The notes below the pieces were generated by a model. It was not told where the DNA came from, ran no database searches, and saw nothing but the letters and a program-made list of their open reading frames with translations. Source: Thermodesulfobacteriota bacterium (lineage in GTDB: Bacteria; Desulfobacterota_D; UBA1144; Nemesobacterales; Nemesobacteraceae). Taken from it: a stretch of 64,000 bases of DNA. The DNA lies in the NCBI GenBank assembly GCA_965220925.1, contig OZ244851.1:1500040-1564039 (forward strand), in the 5' to 3' direction. Position numbers and translations under genes: made by a program. Positions 59,524-64,000 of the stretch are shown piece after piece; position 1 is the stretch's first letter; every line of letters starts with the position of its first letter.

Positions 59524-60848
59524 GTTCCAATGTCTCCTCACTTCCGAGAATTCCCGAGCTTAACAGGAAACTTCTTTTCACCGCGGCTATGCTCATCGTC
59601 TACAGAGCCGGAGTTTTCGTTCCGGTTCCTGGGATCGACCCTGATCAGATTTCCAAAATGTTTGAGCAGACTCGCGGCACGATTTTCGACATACTCAACA
59701 TGTTCTCGGGAGGAGCGCTTGAGCAGGCGTCGATTTTCGCACTCGGCGTAATGCCTTATATCACCGCGTCGATCATAATGTCGCTTTTGGTAAAAGCCTT
59801 CCCTTCTCTTGAAGCCATGCAGAAAGAGGGAGACGCGGGAAGGAGGAGAATAAATCAGTACACAAGGTACGGCACGGTTCTTATATGCTTGATTCAGGGA
59901 CTTATGCTCGCCGTTACACTTGAGCGCGGAGGAGTGGGGGCTCAGACGGTCGCAAGCGCGGTTACCGACCCGGGTTTGATGTTCAAGATAACCGCCGTGT
60001 TCACTCTTACCGCCGGCGCGCTTTTCGTAATGTGGCTCGGGGAACAGATAACGGAAAACGGGATTGGAAACGGCGTGTCTCTTATTATCGCCGCTTCCAT
60101 AATCGCCAGTATTCCCGGAGCCTTCTGGAATCTCTCAAGACTTGTCGGTACGGGCGAAATTACCGTTTTGGGAGTTCTGCTCATTTTCGTTTTTCTGGGA
60201 GTTCTGATGGGTCTTATAGTTTACTTCGAGCGTTCCTACAGAAAAATACCGGTTCAATATCCTAGAAGAGTGGTGGGGAGAAAAGTTATGGGAGGGCAAA
60301 GTTCGCACCTTCCGCTCAAAACCAATCCTTCCGGTGTTATACCGCCGATTTTCGCTTCCTCGCTCCTTATTTTTCCGGCCACTATATTAACTTTCGCCGA
60401 TTTCCCGGCTCTGCGGAACTTCTCCGATTTAATGTTCCAAAACATATTCGTATATAACTTTATTTTCGCCGCGCTGATAATATTCTTCGCCTTTTTCTAT
60501 ACCTCCATCATATACGACCCGAACGATCTTTCGGACAATCTGAGAAAAAACGGAGGGAACATCCCGGGGATAAGGCCCGGGAGGAAGACGGCCGAATACA
60601 TAGGAAACGTACTGGGCAAAATTACTTGCATAGGGGCGATATACGTAGCTGCGGTATGCGTACTGCCGGCGTTTCTTGAAAGGGAGCCTTTCAATCTGCC
60701 TTTTTACTTCGGAGGCGTCTCGCTTCTTATCGTAATAGGAGTGACGCTTGATTTCATGCAGCAGATTGAATCTTTTCTGATAACCCACAGCTACGAAGGA
60801 TTTATAAAGAAAAAAGGAATGAAAGAACCTCAAAGATACAGGTTCTAA
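59520..60848 (+). CDS. secY: Preprotein translocase subunit SecY
   Basis: 442 aa with 10 TM segments. Motifs: FALGVMPYITASII and GIRPG..T..Y. Confidence 0.96.
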   Translation: MSSNVSSLPRIPELNRKLLFTAAMLIVYRAGVFVPVPGIDPDQISKMFEQTRGTIFDILNMFSGGALEQASIFALGVMPYITASIIMSLLVKAFPSLEAMQKEGDAGRRRINQYTRYGTVLICLIQGLMLAVTLERGGVGAQTVASAVTDPGLMFKITAVFTLTAGALFVMWLGEQITENGIGNGVSLIIAASIIASIPGAFWNLSRLVGTGEITVLGVLLIFVFLGVLMGLIVYFERSYRKIPVQYPRRVVGRKVMGGQSSHLPLKTNPSGVIPPIFASSLLIFPATILTFADFPALRNFSDLMFQNIFVYNFIFAALIIFFAFFYTSIIYDPNDLSDNLRKNGGNIPGIRPGRKTAEYIGNVLGKITCIGAIYVAAVCVLPAFLEREPFNLPFYFGGVSLLIVIGVTLDFMQQIESFLITHSYEGFIKKKGMKEPQRYRF

Positions 60849-60873
60849 TCGAAAAGGAGCGAGTCGTAGACCG

Positions 60874-61440
60874 ATGAGACTGATACTGTTCGGACCGCCG
60901 GGGGCGGGAAAAGGCACTCAAGCCGACTTCATAAAGGAAAAATACGGAGTCGAACACATATCCACCGGAGATGTTTTGCGGGAAGCAATAAAGAACAAAA
61001 CCGAAATCGGTATTTACGCCAAATCGTTTATGGATAAGGGAGAGCTTGTGCCCGACGAAGTCGTAACGGAGATAATAAGACAGAAAATTTCAAACCTTGG
61101 CGACGCGGGCTTTATGCTTGACGGATTTCCAAGGACCGTGGAACAAGCCAAGTTTCTTGAAGATATTCTGCGCGAAGCCGGGATTGGAATAGACGCGGTG
61201 ATCTTTCTTGAAGTCTCCGACGAGGAAGTGGTGCGGCGCATAATGGGTCGACAGAAAAAAGAAGGTCGGTTGGACGACTCCGAAGACGTTATAAAAAACA
61301 GACTCAAGGTATATAAAGACCAGACTTCGCCCCTTCGCGATTTCTACGATAAAGCGGGAGTCCTGCGCCCGATTAAGGGAGTCGGCCAAATATCGGATAT
61401 AGCTTTGAAAATAGACGAAGTGCTGGAGCGTATTCAATAA
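60874..61440 (+). CDS. adk: Adenylate kinase (short-LID form)
   Basis: 188 aa. The P-loop is GPPGAGKGTQ. It has the LDGFPRT motif and no Cys4 zinc LID. Confidence 0.94.
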   Translation: MRLILFGPPGAGKGTQADFIKEKYGVEHISTGDVLREAIKNKTEIGIYAKSFMDKGELVPDEVVTEIIRQKISNLGDAGFMLDGFPRTVEQAKFLEDILREAGIGIDAVIFLEVSDEEVVRRIMGRQKKEGRLDDSEDVIKNRLKVYKDQTSPLRDFYDKAGVLRPIKGVGQISDIALKIDEVLERIQ

Positions 61441-61442
61441 CA

Positions 61443-62207
61443 ATGATTCGTTTGAAGAACAAAGACGAGCTCAAGCGCATGAGAGCCGCGGGCCAAGTCG
61501 TTTCCGAGATACTGATGAGGCTTGAGGAAAAGGCGAAGGAAGGAGTGACGACTTGGGAATTAAACGAAATGGCGGAGATGATATGCGCCGAGAAGAATGT
61601 CAAGGCGGCTTTTAAAGGTTACGCGAATTATCCGGCCTCTGTGTGCTTTGCCGTTAACGACGAGGTGATTCACGGTATTCCTTCGAAAAGTAAAGTCCTT
61701 AAAAACGGCGATATAGTGGGAATAGACTTCGGTGTTCTGCTTGAAGGCTATTACGCCGATTCCGCGATAACGGTGGCCGTCGGCGAAATATGCCCCGTTG
61801 CGGAAAAATTGCTTAGAGTTACGAGAAATTCCCTCTACAAAGGGATAGACAAGGCCACGGTTTCAAACAGGGTTATGGATATATCTAAAGAGATACAGAG
61901 TTATGTTGAGAGCGAAGGTTTTTCGGTAGTGAGGGATTTCGTGGGTCATGGAATAGGAAAAGAGCTTCACGAAGAACCCCAGGTACCCAATTTCGTTCCG
62001 CATGCGGGGACGGCGGGAGGAGTAAGACTTCGTTCGGGAATGACGATAGCGATGGAGCCCATGGTGAACGAAGGATCGGAGAAAGTCAAAATACTTGAAG
62101 ATGGGTGGACGGCAGTTACTTATGATGGTAAACTTTCCGCTCATTTTGAGCATACGGTGGCTCTTACGGATAACGGCCCGGAAGTTCTAACTGAAAGGAT
62201 TCACTAG
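61443..62207 (+). CDS. map: Type I methionine aminopeptidase
   Basis: 254 aa with metal ligands in the usual context (GIDFG, YYADSA, GHGIG, AMEPM, FEHT). Confidence 0.95.
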   Translation: MIRLKNKDELKRMRAAGQVVSEILMRLEEKAKEGVTTWELNEMAEMICAEKNVKAAFKGYANYPASVCFAVNDEVIHGIPSKSKVLKNGDIVGIDFGVLLEGYYADSAITVAVGEICPVAEKLLRVTRNSLYKGIDKATVSNRVMDISKEIQSYVESEGFSVVRDFVGHGIGKELHEEPQVPNFVPHAGTAGGVRLRSGMTIAMEPMVNEGSEKVKILEDGWTAVTYDGKLSAHFEHTVALTDNGPEVLTERIH

Positions 62208-62216
62208 GATCGGTAT

Positions 62217-62438
62217 ATGGAGAAAGAAGAAAAAATAGAGTTTGAAGGAACGATAACGAAAGCTTTGCCCAATGCGATGTTCAGAGTCGAAATTGACAAC
62301 AATCACGAAGTTCTGGCCTACGTATCCGGCAAGATGAGAACGAGGTTTATAAGAATATTGCCTGGAGACAGAGTGAAGCTTGAGATATCGCCTTACGATC
62401 TTACAAAGGGGAGAATAACCTACAGGCTTAAGAAGTGA
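62217..62438 (+). CDS. infA: Translation initiation factor IF-1
   Basis: 73 aa with G.I...[19 protein letters not shown]...IRILPGD.V..E.SPYDL.KGRI.YR. Confidence 0.95.
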   Translation: MEKEEKIEFEGTITKALPNAMFRVEIDNNHEVLAYVSGKMRTRFIRILPGDRVKLEISPYDLTKGRITYRLKK

Positions 62439-62464
62439 GAATGTAGGGTGACGGCGGAAGCGAA

Positions 62465-62578
62465 ATGAAAATCAGAGCCTCGGTTAAGAGAATATGCGAT
62501 AAATGCAAAATCATCCGAAGAAGAGGGGTGGTGCGGGTGATATGCGTAAATAAAAGACACAAGCAGAGGCAAGGATAG
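62465..62578 (+). CDS. rpmJ: 50S ribosomal protein L36
   Basis: This gene is not in the supplied ORF track. My own translation gives [37 protein letters not shown] (37 aa, ATG 62465, TAG 62576-62578). Confidence 0.93.
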   Translation: MKIRASVKRICDKCKIIRRRGVVRVICVNKRHKQRQG

Positions 62579-62605
62579 CTCGAGTCGGAGGAGAAACTAT
62601 TTCAT

Positions 62606-62986
62606 ATGCCAAGAATAGCAGGAGTCGACATACCGCTGAATAAAAGAGTGGAGGTAGGTCTTACTTATATCTACGGTATAGGGAAGGCGACCTCGAATCT
62701 CATACTTGACAAAGCGGGCATAGACTTAAACAAAAAATCCAAAGATCTTGACGATCAGGAAGTAACGAAACTTCGAACGATAATTGAAGGCGAGCATACC
62801 GTCGAAGGAGATTTGAGAAAAGAAATTCAACTTAACATCAAGCGGCTGATAGAAATAGGGTGTTACAGAGGGATTAGGCACAGGACGGGACTTCCGGTCA
62901 GAGGGCAGAAAACTAAATCGAACGCCAGAACGAGAAAAGGACGAAGAGGCACGGCGATAGCCAAGAAGAAAAAAGCCGGTAAATAA
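62606..62986 (+). CDS. rpsM: 30S ribosomal protein S13
   Basis: 126 aa with [13 protein letters not shown]...LTYIYGIG and YRG.RH..GLPVRGQ.T..NART. Confidence 0.95.
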   Translation: MPRIAGVDIPLNKRVEVGLTYIYGIGKATSNLILDKAGIDLNKKSKDLDDQEVTKLRTIIEGEHTVEGDLRKEIQLNIKRLIEIGCYRGIRHRTGLPVRGQKTKSNARTRKGRRGTAIAKKKKAGK

Positions 62987-63003
62987 ATAAGGGTTTTGAA
63001 ATA

Positions 63004-63390
63004 ATGAGCAAGAAATTCACCAAGAAGAAGAAAACTAAAAAGTTCGTTGAGCAAGGAGTGGTAAACATACAAGCCACTTTTAACAATACGATAGTTACCG
63101 TTAGCGACTTGAAGGGAAACGTTATCGCTTGGTCAAGCGGTGGAAACAGAGGGTTTAAAGGCACTAGAAAGGGAACGCCGTTTGCCGCCCAGGTGGCGGC
63201 CGACGACGCGTCGAAAAAAGCCAAGACTTTGGGTCTTAAGTCGGCCAACGTCTACGTAAGCGGTCCGGGGCCCGGAAGGGAGCCTGCCATAAGGGCCGTT
63301 CAGGCAGCCGGAGTGAAAGTACTGTCTATAAAAGACGTGACGCCGATTCCACATAATGGGTGCAGACCTCCCGGCAGAAGGAGAGTGTGA
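63004..63390 (+). CDS. rpsK: 30S ribosomal protein S11
   Basis: 128 aa with [31 protein letters not shown] and PHNGCRP...RRV. Confidence 0.95.
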   Translation: MSKKFTKKKKTKKFVEQGVVNIQATFNNTIVTVSDLKGNVIAWSSGGNRGFKGTRKGTPFAAQVAADDASKKAKTLGLKSANVYVSGPGPGREPAIRAVQAAGVKVLSIKDVTPIPHNGCRPPGRRRV

Positions 63391-63439
63391 ATTATGGCTT
63401 TAGAGGGTTATAAGTTGCGTATGAGGAGGAACAGGGTAA

Positions 63440-64000
63440 TTGGCTAGGTATAGAGGACCTTCCTGCAAGCTTTGCAGAAGAGAAGGAGAACAGCTTTTTC
63501 TTAAAGGCGCCAGGTGCTACACATCGAAGTGCGCTATACAAAAAAGACCCAACCGAGGTCCCGGGGTTCACGGAAGCGCGATAGGCCGCTCCAAGTTCTC
63601 CGATTACGGTATAAGGTTAAGGGAAAAACAGAAGGTAAAGCGCATTTACGGACTTACCGAAAAACAATTCAGCCGTTATTTTGCGGAAGCGGCGAGAAGA
63701 AGCGGCGTGACCGGTTCTATGCTCATACTGCTTCTTGAGAGAAGGCTTGACAACGTGGTTTATCGACTGGGGTTCGCAAGTTCGCGTAACGAGGCCCGAC
63801 ATCTGGTCTGGCTCGGACATATTCTCGTTGACGGCAAAAGAGTCGATATCCCCTCCTTCAGCGTAAACGAAGGAAACAAAATAGAAATTAAAACGAAAAC
63901 CAGAACTAACGCGCACGTGAATCAATCCCTTGAAGGTCTTGAGAGAAGAGGTTTTCCTCAATGGCTTGAGCTTGACAGGGATAATTACAGCGGCGTTGTG
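63440..64000 (+). CDS. rpsD: 30S ribosomal protein S4 (3' end beyond the window)
   Basis: My own translation starts at TTG 63440, which follows GAGGAGGA: (M)ARYRGPSCKLCRREGEQLFLKG.RC.......SDYGIRLREKQKVKRIYGL.EKQF. The frame is open to the window edge. Confidence 0.9.
   Translation, partial: MARYRGPSCKLCRREGEQLFLKGARCYTSKCAIQKRPNRGPGVHGSAIGRSKFSDYGIRLREKQKVKRIYGLTEKQFSRYFAEAARRSGVTGSMLILLLERRLDNVVYRLGFASSRNEARHLVWLGHILVDGKRVDIPSFSVNEGNKIEIKTKTRTNAHVNQSLEGLERRGFPQWLELDRDNYSGVV

Overview
This is a contiguous bacterial chromosomal segment. The organism is probably diderm, given a TonB-dependent receptor, a beta-barrel OMP and a TraT-like lipoprotein, and it is moderately AT-rich. Taxon is not assignable from the sequence alone. 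Housekeeping genes occupy 1-16.0 kb (topA, recG, sucAB, aspS) and 26.7-46.3 kb (phr, era, hisIE, phoD, rpoZ, ssb, glmUS, purD and others). From 46.5 kb to the window end runs a complete str-S10-spc-alpha ribosomal supercluster (rpsL to rpsD), with no rpmD. Between aspS/traT-like and the photolyase gene lies a roughly 10.6 kb defence island (about 16.06-26.7 kb). It holds a type II-C CRISPR-Cas locus: a divergent tracrRNA, then cas9 (1033 aa), cas1 and cas2 on the minus strand, then 25 identical 36-bp repeats with 24 spacers. The most unusual observation is a 26th, near-perfect, same-orientation copy of the repeat standing alone at 16198-16232. The 4,236 bp between it and the first array repeat (20469) are a GC-rich foreign operon, not a spacer. 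That operon encodes a small RHH-like ORF, a SIR2-family protein and a HerA-type ATPase, that is, a SIR2-HerA anti-phage system. It occupies a spacer position on the strand from which the crRNAs must be made. Secondary observations: -10-like boxes embedded in the repeats, which place a putative start site on the ATG of the cassette's first ORF; a 12-bp perfect palindrome on that ATG; a tandemly duplicated repeat-spacer unit; a tuf gene whose codon usage differs sharply from its operon neighbours; and tandem split zinc-ribbon paralogs. No rRNA or tRNA genes were recognised. All similarity calls rest on motif recognition by eye and memory of the families; no database search was run.
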